Below the pieces are notes generated by a model. The model was not told the origin of the DNA. It made no database searches and was given only the letters and a program-made list of their open reading frames with translations. DNA of 64,000 nucleotides from Mustelus asterias (lineage: Eukaryota): positions 32,364,001 through 32,428,000 of the forward strand of contig NC_135808.1 of NCBI RefSeq assembly GCF_964213995.1. Direction: 5' to 3'. Both the position numbers and the translations under genes were made by a program. Numbering within the stretch: the stretch's first letter is position 1; every line of letters begins with the position of its first letter. Below are positions 12,110-25,286 of this stretch, one piece after another.

Positions 12110-15100
12110 CTTCGAGTCACAGATGTTTACAGCCTTCGGCTCAACTTGTCTATGCCGTCCCTTTTTTTTAACCACTAAACTAGTCCCACTTGCCGTGTTT
12201 GACTCATATCCCTCTGTACCCATCTTACCCATCTAATTGTTAAAATGCTTTTTAAAAGACAAAATTATACCCGCCTCTACTACCACCTCTGGCAGGTTGT
12301 TCCAGACAATCACCACCCTCTGTGTGAACAAACTGCCCCTCCGGACCCTTTTGTATCTTTCCCCTCTCACCTTAAAACCGATGCCCTCTAGTTTTAGACT
12401 CCCCTACCTTTAGAACATAGAACATTACAGCGCAGTACAGGCCCTTCGGCCCTCGATGTTGCACCGACCAGTGAAACCAATCTAAAGCCCCTCTAATCTA
12501 CACTATTCCAATATCATCCATATGTTTATCCAATAACCATTTGAATGCTCTTAATGTTGACGAGTCCACTACTGCTGCAGCAGGGCATTCCACGCCCTCA
12601 CTACTCTCTGAGTAAAGAACCTACCTCTAACATCTGTCCTATATCTCTCACCCCTCAATTTAAAGCTATGTCCCCTCGTGCTAGCCAACACCATCCGAGA
12701 AAAAGGCTCTCACTATCCACCCCTATCTAATCCTCTGATCATCTTGTATGCCTCTATTAAGTCACCTCTTACCTTCTTCTCTCTACGAAAACAACCTCAA
12801 GCCCCTCAGCCTTTCCTCATACGATTTTCCCACCATACAGGCAACATCCTGGTAAATCTCCTCTGCACCCTTTCCAACACATCCACATCTTTCCTATAAT
12901 ACGGCAACCAGAACTGTACGCAATACTCCAAATGCGGCTACACCAGAGTTTTGTACAGTTGCAGCATGACCTCCTGGCTCCGAAACTCAATCCCTCTACC
13001 AATAAAAGCTAACACACTATACGCCTTCTTAACAACCCTATCAACCTGGGTGCCAACTTTCAGGGATCTATGCACATGGACACCCAGATCCCTCTGTTCA
13101 TCCACACTACCAAGTATCTTACCATTAGCCCAGTACTCTGTATTCCTGTTACTCCTTCCAAAGTGAATCACCTCACACTTTTCTGCATTAAACTCCATTT
13201 GCCACCTCTCAGCCCAGCTCTGCAGCTTATCTATGTCCCTCTGTAACCTGCCACTTCCCTCCGCACTGTCTACAACTCCACCAACTTTAGTGTCATCCGC
13301 AAATTTACTAATCCATCCTTCCACGCCCTCATCCAGGTCATTAATAAAAATGACAAACAGCAGTGGCCCCAAAACAGATCCTTGCAGTACACCACTAGTA
13401 ACTGAACTCCAGGATGAATATTTCCCATCAACCACCACCCTTTGTTTTCTTACAGCTAGCCAATTCCTGATCCAAACCACTAAATCGCCCTCAATCCCAT
13501 GTGTCCGTATTTTCTGCAAAACCTTACCATGGGGAACCTAATCAAACGCTTTACTGAAATCCATATACACCACATCAACCGCTTTATCCTCATCCACCTC
13601 TTTGGTCACCCTCTCAAAGAACTCAATAAGGTTTGTGAGGCACGACCTACCCTTCACAAAACCGTGCTGACTATCCCTAATCAAATTATTCCTTTCTAGG
13701 TGATTATAAATCCTATCTCTGAGAATCCTTTTCAATACTTTGCCCACAACAGAAGTAAGGCTCACCAGTCTATAATTACCAGGGTTGTCCCTACTCCCCT
13801 TCTTGAACAAGGGGACAACATTTGCTATCCTCCAGTCTTCTGGCACTGTTCCTGTAGACAATGACGATACAAAGATCAAAGCCAAAGGCTCTGCAATCTC
13901 ATAGAATAGAATCCCTAAGTACAGAAAGAGGCCATTCGGCCCATCGAGTCTGCACCGACCACAATCCCACCCAGACCCTACCCCCATATCCCTACATATT
14001 TTACCCACTAATCCACGCATCTCAGGACACTAAGGGCAATTTTTTTTTTTTTAGCATGACCAATCAACCTAACCCGCACATCTTTGGACTGTGGGAGGAA
14101 ACCGGAGCACCCGGAGGAAACCCACGCAGACACGAGGAGAATGTGCAAACTCCACACAGACAGTGACCCAAGCCGGGAATCGAACCCAGATTGCTAACCA
14201 CTGTGCTACCGTGCCGCCCCTCCTCTCCTCTCTAGCCTCCCAGAGAATCCTAGGATAAATCCCATCCGGTCCAGGGGACTTATCTATTTTTACCCTTTCC
14301 AGAATTGCTAACACCTCCTCCTTATGAACATCAATCCCATCCAGTCCAACAGCCTGCATCTCAGTACTCCCCTCAACAACATTGTCCCTCTCCAGTGTGA
14401 ATAGTGAATACCGCCGAAAAATATTCATTTAGTGCCTCTCCTATCTCTTCAGACTCCACGCACAACTTCCCACTCCCGTCCTTGACTGGCCCTAATCTTA
14501 CCCTTGTCATTCTTTTACTCCTGACATACCTATAGAAAGCTTTAGGGTTTTCCTTGATCCTACCTGCCAAAGACTTCTCATGTCCCCTCCTGGCTCTTCT
14601 TAACTCTTTCTTTAGGTCCTTCCTGGCTAACTTGTAACTCTCAAGCGCCTTAACTGAGCCTTCACGTCTCATCTTAACATAAGTCGCCTTCTTCCTCTTC
14701 ACAAGAGATTCAACCTCCTTACTAAACCACGGTTCCCTCACACGTCTGCTTCCTCCCTGCCTGGCAGGTACATATTTATCAAGGATGCATCGTAGCTGTT
14801 CCTTGAACAAGTTCCACATTACAATTGTGCCCATCCCCTGCAGTTTCCTTCCCCAACCTATGCCTTTGGGAAAAGATATTGATTATGTCGCTGATCCATG
14901 CCCCTCATTATTTTATAGACCTCTGTAAAATCACCTTGAAGCCTCCTGCGCTCTAGGGAAAAAAGTCCCAGTCTATCCAGCCTCTCCTTATAACTCAAAC
15001 CATCAAGTCCCAGTAGCATCCTAGTAAATCTTTTCTGCACTCTTTCTAGTTTAATAATACCCTTTCTATAACAGGGTGACCAGAACTGTACACAGTATTC

Positions 15101-17160
15101 CAAGTGTGGCCTTACCAATGTCTTGTACAACTTCAACAAGACATCCCAACTCCCGTATTCAATGTTCTGACCAATGAAACCAAGCATTCCTCACCACTCT
15201 GTCCACCTGTGACTCCACTTTCAGGGAGCAATGAACCTGTACCCCTAGATCTCTTTGTTCTCTAACACTCTCTACCATTAACTGAGTAAGTCCTGTCCTG
15301 GTTCAATCTACCAAAATACATCACCTTGCATTTATCTAAATTAAACTCCATCTGCCATTCGTCAGCCCACTGGTCCAATTGATCAAGATCCCGTTGCAAT
15401 CCTAGATAATCTTCTTCACTGTCCACTATGCCACCAATCTTGGTGTCATCTGCAAACTTACTAACCATGCTTCCTAAATTCTCATCCAAATCAAAAATAT
15501 AAATAACAAATAACAGTGGGCCCAGCACCGATTCCTGAGGCACACCGCTGGTCACAGGCCTCCTGTTTGAAAAACAGCTCTCCAACCACCCTCTGGCTTC
15601 TGTCAAGAAGCCAATTTTGTATCCATTTAGATACCTCACCCTGGATCCCGTGAGATTTAACTTTGTGCAACAACCTACCATGCGGTACCTTGTCAAAGGC
15701 CTTGCTAAAGTCCATGTAGACAACATCAACTGCACTGTCCTCATTTACCTTCTTGGTTACCCCTTCAAAAAACTCAATCAAATTTGTGAGACATGATTTT
15801 CCACTCACAAAGCCATGCTGACTGTCCTTAATCAGTCCTTGCGTCTCTAAATGCCTGTAGATCCTGTCTCTCAAAATACCTTCCAACAACTTACTCACCA
15901 CAGATGTGAGGCTCACTGGCCAGTGGTTCCCAGCCTTTTCCCTGCAGTCCTTTTTAAACAAAGGCACAACATTCGCCACCCTGCAATCTTCAGGCACCTC
16001 ACTGGCTGTCGATGATTCAAATATTTCAGGTCGGGGTAATTTCCTCCCGAGCCTCCCACAATGTCCTGGGATACACTTCATCAGGCCCCGGGGATTTATC
16101 TACCTTGACGCGCTTTAAGACTTCCAGCACCTCAAGACATCACTATTTATTTCCCCAAGTTCCATAACATCCATGCTTTTCTCAACAGTAAATACTGATG
16201 AGAAATATTCATTTAGGATCTCAATAATCCATCTCTTATGGATCCGCACATAGATAACCTTGTTGATCCTTAAGAGGCCCTTCTCATCCCTAGTTATTCT
16301 TTTGCCCTTTATGCATTCTTGGAAGCTCTTTGGATTCTCCTTTGCCTTACCTGCCAAAGCAATCTCATGTCCCCTTTTTGCCCTCCTGATTTCTCTCAAC
16401 TCTACTCCTACACCCTCTATACTCTTCCAGGGATTCACTTGATCCCAGCTGCCTATGCATGTCATGTGCCTCCTTCTTCTTCTTGACCAGGCCCTCAATA
16501 TCCCACGTCATCCAGGGTTCCCTACTTCTACCAGCCTTGCCCTTCACTCTAAGAGGAATGTGCTTACCCTGAACCCTGGTTAACACACTTTTGAAAGCCT
16601 CCCACTTATCAGACACCCCTTTGCCTTCCCACAGGCTTCCCCAATTAACTTTTGGAAGTTCCTGCCTGATACCATCAAAATTGGCCTTGCCCCAATTTAG
16701 AATTTTAACTTTTGTGCCAGACCTATCATTCTCCATAGCTATCTTAAAACTAATAGAATTATGGTCACTGGTCCCAAAGTGATCCGTCACTAACACTTCT
16801 GTCACCTGCCCTTCCTTATTTCCCAAGCAGAGGTCAAGTTTTGCCCCCTCTCTAGTCAGGCTATCCACATACTGAATGAGAAATTCCTCCTGAATACACT
16901 CAACAAATTTCTCTCCATCCAACCCTCTAATACTATGGCTGTCCCAGTCAATGTTGGGAAAGTTAAAGTTCCCTACTATTACCAGCTATTTTTCTTGGAG
17001 CTATCTGTAATCTCCTTACGTATTTGCTCCTCAGTTTCCCACTGACTATTCCGGGGTCTATAGTACAACCCTATTTTTCAGTTCCACCCACATGGACTCA
17101 GTGGGCGAACCCTCGGATATATCCTCTCTCAGTACTGCCGTGATGTTTTCCCTAATCAAA
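12110..17160 (-). mobile_element. Nested CR1-type LINE fragments (endonuclease/RT)
   Basis: ORFs with QHGFVKGRSCLTNL, YMDFSKAFD, QGSVLGPLLF, KFADDTK and EYCVQFWSP; several 3' tails; frameshifted. Confidence 0.93.
13900..14220 (-). mobile_element. HE1-type SINE inserted in CR1
   Basis: SINE head ggggcggcacggtagcacagtggttagc. It interrupts the CR1 reading frame (EAREE/EIAEPL). Confidence 0.85.
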
Positions 17161-18168
17161 AGTGCAACACCACCTTCTGTTTACCATTTATATAGATGAT
17201 CTGGAGGAGGGGACGGAGTGTAGGGTAACGAAGTTTGCAGACGACACAAAGATAAGTGGAAAAGTGAATCGTGTGGAGGACGGAGAAGATCTGCAGAGAG
17301 ATTTGGACAGGCTGAGTGAGTGGGCGAGGATATGGCAAATGGAGTATAACGTTGATAAATGCGAGGTTATACACTTTGGAGGAAATAATAACAAATGGGA
17401 TTACTATCTCAATGGAAACAAATTAAAACATGCTACCGTGCAAAGGGACCTGGGGGTCCTTGTGCATGAGACGCAAAAGCCCAGTCTGCAGGTACAACAG
17501 GTGATCAAGAAGGCAAATGGGATGTTGGTCTATATTGCGAGGGGGATAGAATATAAAAGCAGGGATGTCTTGATGCACCTGTACAGGGCATTGGTGAGGC
17601 CGCAGCTGGAATACTGTGTGCAGTATTGGTCCCCTTATATGAGGAAGGATATATTGGCATTGGAGGGAGTGCAGAGAAGGTTCACCAGGTTGATACCGGA
17701 GATGAGGGGTTTGGATTATGAGGAGAGGCTGAGGAGATTGGGTTTGTACTCGTTGGAGTTTAGAAGGATGAGGGGGGATCTTATGGAGACTTATAAGATA
17801 ATGCGGGGGCTGGATAGGGTGGAGGCGGAGAGATTCTTTCCACTTAGTAAGGAAGTTAAAACTAGAGGACACAGCCTCAAAATAAAGGAGGGTCGGTTTA
17901 AGACAGAGTTGAGGAGGAACTTCTTCTCCCAGAGGGTGGTGAATCTCTGGAATTCTCTGCCCACTGAGGTGGTGGACGCTACCTCGCTGAATATGTTTAA
18001 AGCGCGGATGGATGGATTCCTGAGCGGTTAGGGAATTAAGGGTTATGGGGATCAGGCGGGTAAGTGGTACTGATCCACGTCAGATCAGCCATGATCTTAT
18101 TGAATGGCGGGGCAGGCTCGAGGGGCTAGATGGCCTACTCCTGCTCCTATTTCTTATGTTCTTATGTT
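17161..18168 (+). mobile_element. 5'-truncated CR1 LINE (RT C-terminus, 3' UTR and tail)
   Basis: Open 289-aa ORF with KFADDTK and EYCVQYWSP; ends ttcttatgttcttatgttct. Confidence 0.92.
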
Positions 18169-18169
18169 C

Positions 18170-18515
18170 TCTCTTGCCTCCTGTTCTATCTTTCCAATAG
18201 CATCTGTATCCTGGAACATTGAGCTGCCAGTCCTGTCCTTCCCTTAGGCATGTTTCAGTAATTGTAATAATATCCCAGTCCCATGTACCCATCCATGCCC
18301 TGAGTTCATCTGCCTTGCCCGTCAGGCCTCTTGCATTGAAATATATGCAGTTCAATCTGGACTTCCCTTACTCTCTGTCTTGTTTTTGCCTGATCTGTCT
18401 GGTACTTGGATTACTGACACTGCCTTTACTGTTTAATGTGCTCGCTTTAACTTCAACCTTCTCTTCTGTCTCCCTACTGCTTTGGGTCCCACCCCCCGTC
18501 AAACTAGTTTAAACC
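18170..18515 (-). mobile_element. CR1 ORF2 5' end (AP endonuclease start)
   Basis: NCIYFNARGL..DIITITET endonuclease motifs. Continuation of the element split by the + strand CR1. Confidence 0.8.
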
Positions 18516-18519
18516 CTCT

Positions 18520-20810
18520 CGACATGGAGAGCAAGGTGAGGGGGGACGTGGAGAGCGAGGAGTGAGGGGGGGACGTGGAGAGCGAGGAGTGAGGGGGGGA
18601 CGTGGAGAGCGAGGAGTGAGGGGGGCAGAGCGAGGAGAGAGGGGGGCAGAGCGAGGAGAGAGAGAGAGAGAGACATGGAGAGCGAGTGAGCGGGGGAGAC
18701 ATGGAGAGCGAGTGAGCGGGGGAGACATGGAGAGCGAGTGAGCGGGGGAGACATGGAGAGCGAGTGAGCGGGGGAGACATGGAGAGCGAGTGAGCGGGGG
18801 AGACATGGAGAGCGAGTGAGCGGGGGAGACATGGAGAGCGAGTGAGCGGGGGAGACATGGAGAGCGAGTGAGCGGGGGAGACATGGAGAGCGAGTGAGCG
18901 GGGGAGACATGGAGAGCGAGTGAGCGGGGGAGACATGGAGAGCGAGTGAGCGGGGGAGACATGGAGAGCGAGTGAGCGGGGGAGACATGGAGAGCGAGTG
19001 AGCGGGGGAGACATGGAGAGCGAGTGAGCGGGGGAGACATGGAGAGCGAGTGAGCGGGGGAGACATGGAGAGCGAGTGAGCGGGGGAGACATGGAGAGCG
19101 AGTGAGCGGGGGAGACATGGAGAGCGAGTGAGCGGGGGAGACATGGAGAGCGAGTGAGCGGGGGAGACATGGAGAGCGAGTGAGCGGGGGAGACATGGAG
19201 AGCGAGTGAGCGGGGGAGACATGGAGAGCGAGTGAGCGGGGGAGACATGGAGAGCGAGTGAGCGGGGGAGACATGGAGAGCGAGTGAGCGGGGGAGACAT
19301 GGAGAGCGAGTGAGCGGGGGAGACATGGAGAGCGAGTGAGCGGGGGAGACATGGAGAGCGAGTGAGCGGGGGAGACATGGAGAGCGAGTGAGCGGGGGAG
19401 ACATGGAGAGCGAGTGAGCGGGGGAGACATGGAGAGCGAGTGAGCGGGGGAGACATGGAGAGCGAGTGAGCGGGGGAGACATGGAGAGCGAGTGAGCGGG
19501 GGAGACATGGAGAGCGAGTGAGCGGGGGAGACATGGAGAGCGAGTGAGCGGGGGAGACATGGAGAGCGAGTGAGCGGGGGAGACATGGAGAGCGAGTGAG
19601 CGGGGGAGACATGGAGAGCGAGTGAGCGGGGGAGACATGGAGAGCGAGTGAGCGGGGGAGACATGGAGAGCGAGTGAGCGGGGGAGACATGGAGAGCGAG
19701 TGAGCGGGGGAGACATGGAGAGCGAGTGAGCGGGGGAGACATGGAGAGCGAGTGAGCGGGGGAGACATGGAGAGCGAGTGAGCGGGGGAGACATGGAGAG
19801 CGAGTGAGCGGGGGAGACATGGAGAGCGAGTGAGCGGGGGAGACATGGAGAGCGAGTGAGCGGGGGAGACATGGAGAGCGAGTGAGCGGGGGAGACATGG
19901 AGAGCGAGTGAGCGGGGGAGACATGGAGAGCGAGTGAGCGGGGGAGACATGGAGAGCGAGTGAGCGGGGGAGACATGGAGAGCGAGTGAGCGGGGGAGAC
20001 ATGGAGAGCGAGTGAGCGGGGGAGACATGGAGAGCGAGTGAGCGGGGGAGACATGGAGAGCGAGTGAGCGGGGGAGACATGGAGAGCGAGTGAGCGGGGG
20101 AGACATGGAGAGCGAGTGAGCGGGGGAGACATGGAGAGCGAGTGAGCGGGGGAGACATGGAGAGCGAGTGAGCGGGGGAGACATGGAGAGCGAGTGAGCG
20201 GGGGAGACATGGAGAGCGAGTGAGCGGGGGAGACATGGAGAGCGAGTGAGCGGGGGAGACATGGAGAGCGAGTGAGCGGGGGAGACATGGAGAGCGAGTG
20301 AGCGGGGGAGACATGGAGAGCGAGTGAGCGGGGGAGACATGGAGAGCGAGTGAGCGGGGGAGACATGGAGAGCGAGTGAGCGGGGGAGACATGGAGAGCG
20401 AGTGAGCGGGGGAGACATGGAGAGCGAGTGAGCGGGGGATACATGGAGACAGAATGGAAGATATGGAGAGCGAGGAGAGAGGGGGAGGGCAAGGAGAGAG
20501 GGGGAGAATGACATGGAGAGAGAGAAGGGGGAGACATGGANNNNNNNNNNNNNNNNNNNNNNNNNNNNNNNNNNNNNNNNNNNNNNNNNNNNNNNNNNNN
20601 NNNNNNNNNNNNNNNNNNNNNNNNNNNNNNNNNNNNNNNNNNNNNNNNNNNNNNNNNNNNNNNNNNNNNNNNNNNNNNNNNNNNNNNNNNNNNNNNNNAA
20701 GGGGAGACATGGAGAGAGAGAGAGAGAGAGTGGGGGGGAGACATGGAGAGTGAGGGAGAGAGAGAGAGAGAGGCATGGAGAGAGAGAGGGGGAGACATGG
20801 AGGAAGAGGT
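18520..20810 (+). repeat. 26-bp minisatellite (gggggagacatggagagcgagtgagc), highly homogeneous over 18670-20440
   Basis: Near-perfect tandem array related to the 9580-12095 unit; includes an N gap. Confidence 0.97.
20541..20698. other. Assembly gap (N run)
   Basis: Run of n characters. Confidence 1.
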
Positions 20811-20820
20811 GGAGCAATAT

Positions 20821-21510
20821 TGTTATAAAGGGGAGATTGATCCCCTCTCTGAGAACTAACACCTAATCAGAGTACCTTACTTTATAATCTGTTAAAGGTG
20901 TATGAGAAGTCGTGCGTTCTGCTCTTCAGCAACTTTGTGATTAAATCAAAATAACTCCCTGAGACTCTCTCTGTAAAATCATCAAATAAGAATATTTATC
21001 TATCAGTGAACAGGTTAACTAAACTATTAACAAACTGAATGAAACACTATTCTAAATGCTGTTCAGATAAATACAATTCCCACGTATTGACAAAAAAATA
21101 TTTCAACCATGTTTGTCATCTTCCGGAATCTCCTGTCTTCTTTCTTCTGTCTTGTGTCTTCTTGTGCTATCTTTGCTATTCACAGTTTTTGAGCTAAAAG
21201 CTATTCGCTGTGGCAGAGAGCAGTTGCTGTGTCTCTCTGGATCTGAGAGCTGTCTCTTTTACTCCTGATGACAAACCAACATCCCCACAATAGGATATTT
21301 ACTCAGGTTACCAAAACATCAAATTCAAACCTGATAGGTTGCTGTTATTATGATTTAAATTGATTGGGCAAAATTCATAAAACAGCCTGTTGTCTTGGCA
21401 TTGCTACTGCCTGGCTTCTTGATACAAATGTTTCACTCCAGGCTTTCTGTGTACTTGCATTAACACCACCTTTTTAAACAGACAATTTTATAAACACCAA
21501 CTTCCCAACA
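20821..21510. mobile_element. Probable solo LTR
   Basis: Begins TGTTA and ends AACA. Shares short motifs (gatacaaatgtt) with the LTRs at 23371 and 30421. No clear TSD. Confidence 0.45.
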
Positions 21511-21559
21511 GTAGGGAGAAGGAGAAATAGAGGGAGAAATAGAGACAGCGAGAGAGAAC

Positions 21560-23370
21560 TGTTCCCAGTATTCTAGCTATGGTCTCACCAAAGTTCTATA
21601 TAACTACAAAATGACTTACTGCTTTTGTACTCTATGCCTCAAGTGATAAAGACAAGTGTCCCATATGCCTTTTTCACCACCCTACAAACATGCCCTTCCG
21701 CTTTCATAAGAATATAAGAACTAGGAGCAGGAGTAGGCCATCTGGCCTCTCGAGCCTGCTCTCCCATTCAATAAGATCATGGCTGATCTTTTTGTGGACT
21801 CAGCTCCACTTACCCGCCCGCTCACCATAACCCTTAATTCCTTTACTGTTCAAAAATGTATCTATCCTTGCCTTAAAAACATTCAATGAGGTAGCCTCAA
21901 CTGCTTCACTGGGCAGGGAATTCCACAGATTCACAACCCTTTGTGTGAAGAAGTTCCTCATCAAAATAGTCCTAAATCTGCTTCCCCTTATTTTGAGGCT
22001 ATGCCCCCTAGTTCTAGTTTCACCCGCCAGTGGAAACAACTTCCCTGCCTCTATCTTATCTGTTCCCCTCATAATCTTATATGTTTCGATAAGATCCCCC
22101 CTCATTCTTCTGAATTCCAATGAGTATAGCCCCAGTCTACTCAGTCTTTCCTCATAAGCCAACCCTCTCAACTCCAGAATCAACCTAGTGAATCTCCTCT
22201 GCACCCACTCCAGTGCCAGTATATCCTTTCTCAAGTAAGGAGACCAGAACTGTACACAGTACTCCAGGTGTGGCCTCACCAGCACCTTATACAGCTGCAA
22301 CATAATCTCGCTGTTTTTAAACTCCATCCCTCTAGCAATGAAGGACAAAATTCCATTTGCCTTTTTAATTAACTGCTGCACCTGCAAACCAACTCCTTGA
22401 GATTCCTGCACAAGGACACCCAGGTCCCTCTACACAGCAGCATACTGCAATTTTTTACCATTTAAATAATAGTCCATTTTGCTGTTATTCCTATCAAAAT
22501 GGATGACCTCACATTTACCAACATTGTACGCCATCTGCCAGATCCTCGCCCACTCATGTAGACTATCTATATCCCTTTGCAGACTTTCAGCATTCTCTGC
22601 ACACTTTGCTTTGCCACCCATCTTTGTGTCATCTGCGAATTTTGACACACCACACTTGGTCCCCAACTCCAAATCATCTATGTAAATCGTAAACAATTGC
22701 AGTCCCAACAACAGTCCTTGAGGCACACCACTAGTGACTGATCACCAACCAGAAAAACACCCATTTACCTCCACTTTCTGCCTTCTGCTAGTTAACCAAT
22801 CCTCTATCCATGCTAATACATTACCCATAACACCGTGCACCTTTATCTTATGAAGCAGTCGTTGGTGCGGCAAATGCCTTCTGGAAATCCAGATACACCA
22901 CATCCACAGGTTCCCCATTGTCCACTGCACATGTAATGTTCTCAAAGAATTCCACCAAATTAGTCAAACATGACCTTCCCTTCATGAACCCATGCTGCAT
23001 CTTACCAATGGGATATTTTATATCCAGATGTCTCGCTATTTCTTCCTTGATGATAGATTCAAGCATTTTCCCTACTAGAGAAGTTAAGCTAACCGGCCTG
23101 CAGTTACCCGAACCGGCCTCTAGTTTCAGAAATCTATAGACAAACACGCCAAGGACCCTTTGTTCCACAAAGCTTCCTCGTGTCATGCTGTTCATTGAAT
23201 ACTTCCTTGTCAAATTACTCCATCCTAAGTGTACAATCTCACATTTAAATTCCATCTGTCACTTATCTGCCCATTTGACCATCCTGTTTATAATTTCATG
23301 TAACCCAAGACACTCAGCCTCACTGTTAACCACCCAGCCAATCTTTGTGTCATCTGAAAACTTACACCCC
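21560..23370 (-). mobile_element. CR1 LINE fragments (nested)
   Basis: RT ORFs (QHGFMKGRSCLTNL, KFADDTK, EYCVQFWSP). The host CR1 resumes at ~31751 after the LTR element. Confidence 0.9.
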
Positions 23371-24092
23371 TGTTACGACGCGGAGGTGATTTTTCTCTCT
23401 GCGCGATTTTAAAAATCATCCAAAAATCATACTTCGCCTCCTATTTTTATACGAATGTGTGTGAGACAGGAGGAAGCTACTGGTTTTGGTAAATTAAAGC
23501 AGGGTCTGACACTCCCTATCAAGAACAATTTTCTTTATTTTAAAACTGGTGACAAACTTATTAAAACATTTAACAAACTGAATAAATTCCCCAATAGAAT
23601 TCTGTTCGAATATTACAAGACTCATTCAGGAATAATGAAACAAATCCTTATAGAATATAGTCACTCTCAAATAATATATCTGGCATCTGTTGAAAGTATG
23701 AACTTTCTTCTGATGTTTCCATCTGGAACAACCTCTGAGTTGGTCTCTATTTCTCTTTAGATGGTGATTTTATGAAGATATATATTAAACTTCAGAATTC
23801 TGGATGAGATCCTTGCCTCTCCCTGCTTCCAACTAAAGGGGTGGCAAGCTTACTTTAACAGTTATCTCCCCTTGTCCAGGTTTAAATACCTAGAATTACC
23901 TCACAGTATTCCTGCAATCTGAATGGCTTGAGGCTGTCAACAATCCTCACATTTGAATTCCATTGGTCCGATGTCTCTGTGCGCTTGCTTTAAACTCATT
24001 GGTTCAATTCAAAAGCCTGTTTTGCTCTACTGGAACACTGGCTGCTGCTTTGGATACAAATGTTGAAAACCAGCTGCTGCAGTTTAAAATAC
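23371..24092 (-). repeat. 3' LTR (partial) of the Gmr1-like element
   Basis: Colinear with 30421-30972 plus 31501-31620; ends at a Penelope fragment. Confidence 0.85.
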
Positions 24093-24094
24093 AG

Positions 24095-24212
24095 TAAGAG
24101 GTCTCACAACACCAGGTTAAAGTCCAACAGGTTTATTTGGTAGCAAACGCCACTCGCTTTCGGAGCGCTGCTCCTTCGTCAGGTGAGTGGGAGTTCTGTT
24201 CACAAACAGCTG
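24095..24212 (-). mobile_element. Penelope terminal fragment with hammerhead-like motif
   Basis: The minus strand reads cacCTGACGAaggagcagcgctccGAAAgcgagtg followed by aaataaacctgttggactttaacctggtgttgtgaga. Confidence 0.75.
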
Positions 24213-24560
24213 TGCACAAACATCCCCAGGGAAAAAATGAACCATCATCAAAAGATGGCTTCATATTTTTCTTGAAAGTTGTTTCTTTATTTTCTCTCAA
24301 CTTTCATCATTTTAAACCAATTCATGAATAACAACAAAAAGATTTACAGAAATACAAAATGCTTCCCTGTTTTTTTTCTCTTTTGTTGGATCTTGCATCC
24401 ACATAGCTTGTGTTTTTAACAGTTTCATTATGATCTCATACAGAACAACCTTTTGCACCAAGTTTTTTGGGAGGATGAACTCTCGCTTCAGTGCGATGAT
24501 CCTGTCATCCTCGTGAGGTTTAGTCACATGGATGTGCTCTGGAGTGATCAGACTTACTTG

Positions 24561-24755
24561 TTCTGGATGGGTTACATGGGCCTTCTTAACACGTAAACCC
24601 ATCAGTCTGATGACTCTTTTATTTTTAGGAGGTTTCCGAGTGAATCCATCTCCGTCACAGCAAACTTTAGTGACCATCCTTGTCCAAACTTTCTTCTTCC
24701 GTTTATCTGTGCGAATAATTTTCAGGATTTCAGTTTCTCCTGGGGCACAAACCTT
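24561..24755 (-). pseudogene. NSA2: NSA2 (60S biogenesis factor) retrocopy fragment
   Basis: Translates to [65 protein letters not shown]. Compare NSA2 as recalled: [65 protein letters not shown]. Confidence 0.9.
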
Positions 24756-25286
24756 TTTGGCCTGCTGATGTTCTGCACGGCGTTTTATGAGTTGTTTTAT
24801 GAGTTGCTTCTGCGAGCTTCAGTCTGATCAGTCAGTAGCTTCTTGTGAGCCTTAGATGCCTTTAGTTTGAGAATGTGCTTCATCAAGATATGCTTTTTCT
24901 TGAAGATATTACCCGTCACCTTCAGATGTAGGCCGTGGCAATTGATCTTCTTAGACTCCCTGTATCTGCAAAGCAGATGCCTTTCAATTCTCATTCTCCT
25001 TATCCAGGCCAGTTTCTCCTGCATGTGAGCATTATCTGTATGCTTTTGCTTACCCATGTTCGTGCCGGCCCTTCCTGCATGTGAGGGTGTTCTTCCTGCA
25101 TCGAGCACACGAGTATACAGTCACAGGCTTGCAGATAATTAGACCATCTTTCATTAATTTTCCGATCTGTTGACAGGAATTGGCATTGACAGTCTCATTT
25201 GTTTCATTAGGATCCAGCCATACCTTCTTCTTGCTACAGCACAAAACGCTGGAGGTCAGTGTCTTCTGAAGCCTGAGCTCACTCAT
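24753..25286 (-). pseudogene. RPL19: RPL19 (eL19) processed pseudogene, nearly full CDS
   Basis: Reads [72 protein letters not shown]. Intronless, with frameshifts near 25060 and 24790. Confidence 0.93.

Noticed and set aside
9390-12236. Long ORFs (up to ~900 aa) on both strands
   Set aside because: Translations of a stop-poor 26-bp minisatellite, open in all three frames; not coding.
17162-18031. Functional reverse transcriptase gene
   Set aside because: 5'-truncated CR1 lacking the endonuclease and N-terminal RT motifs.
18499-20862. ~760-790-aa ORFs
   Set aside because: Minisatellite and N-gap artefacts.
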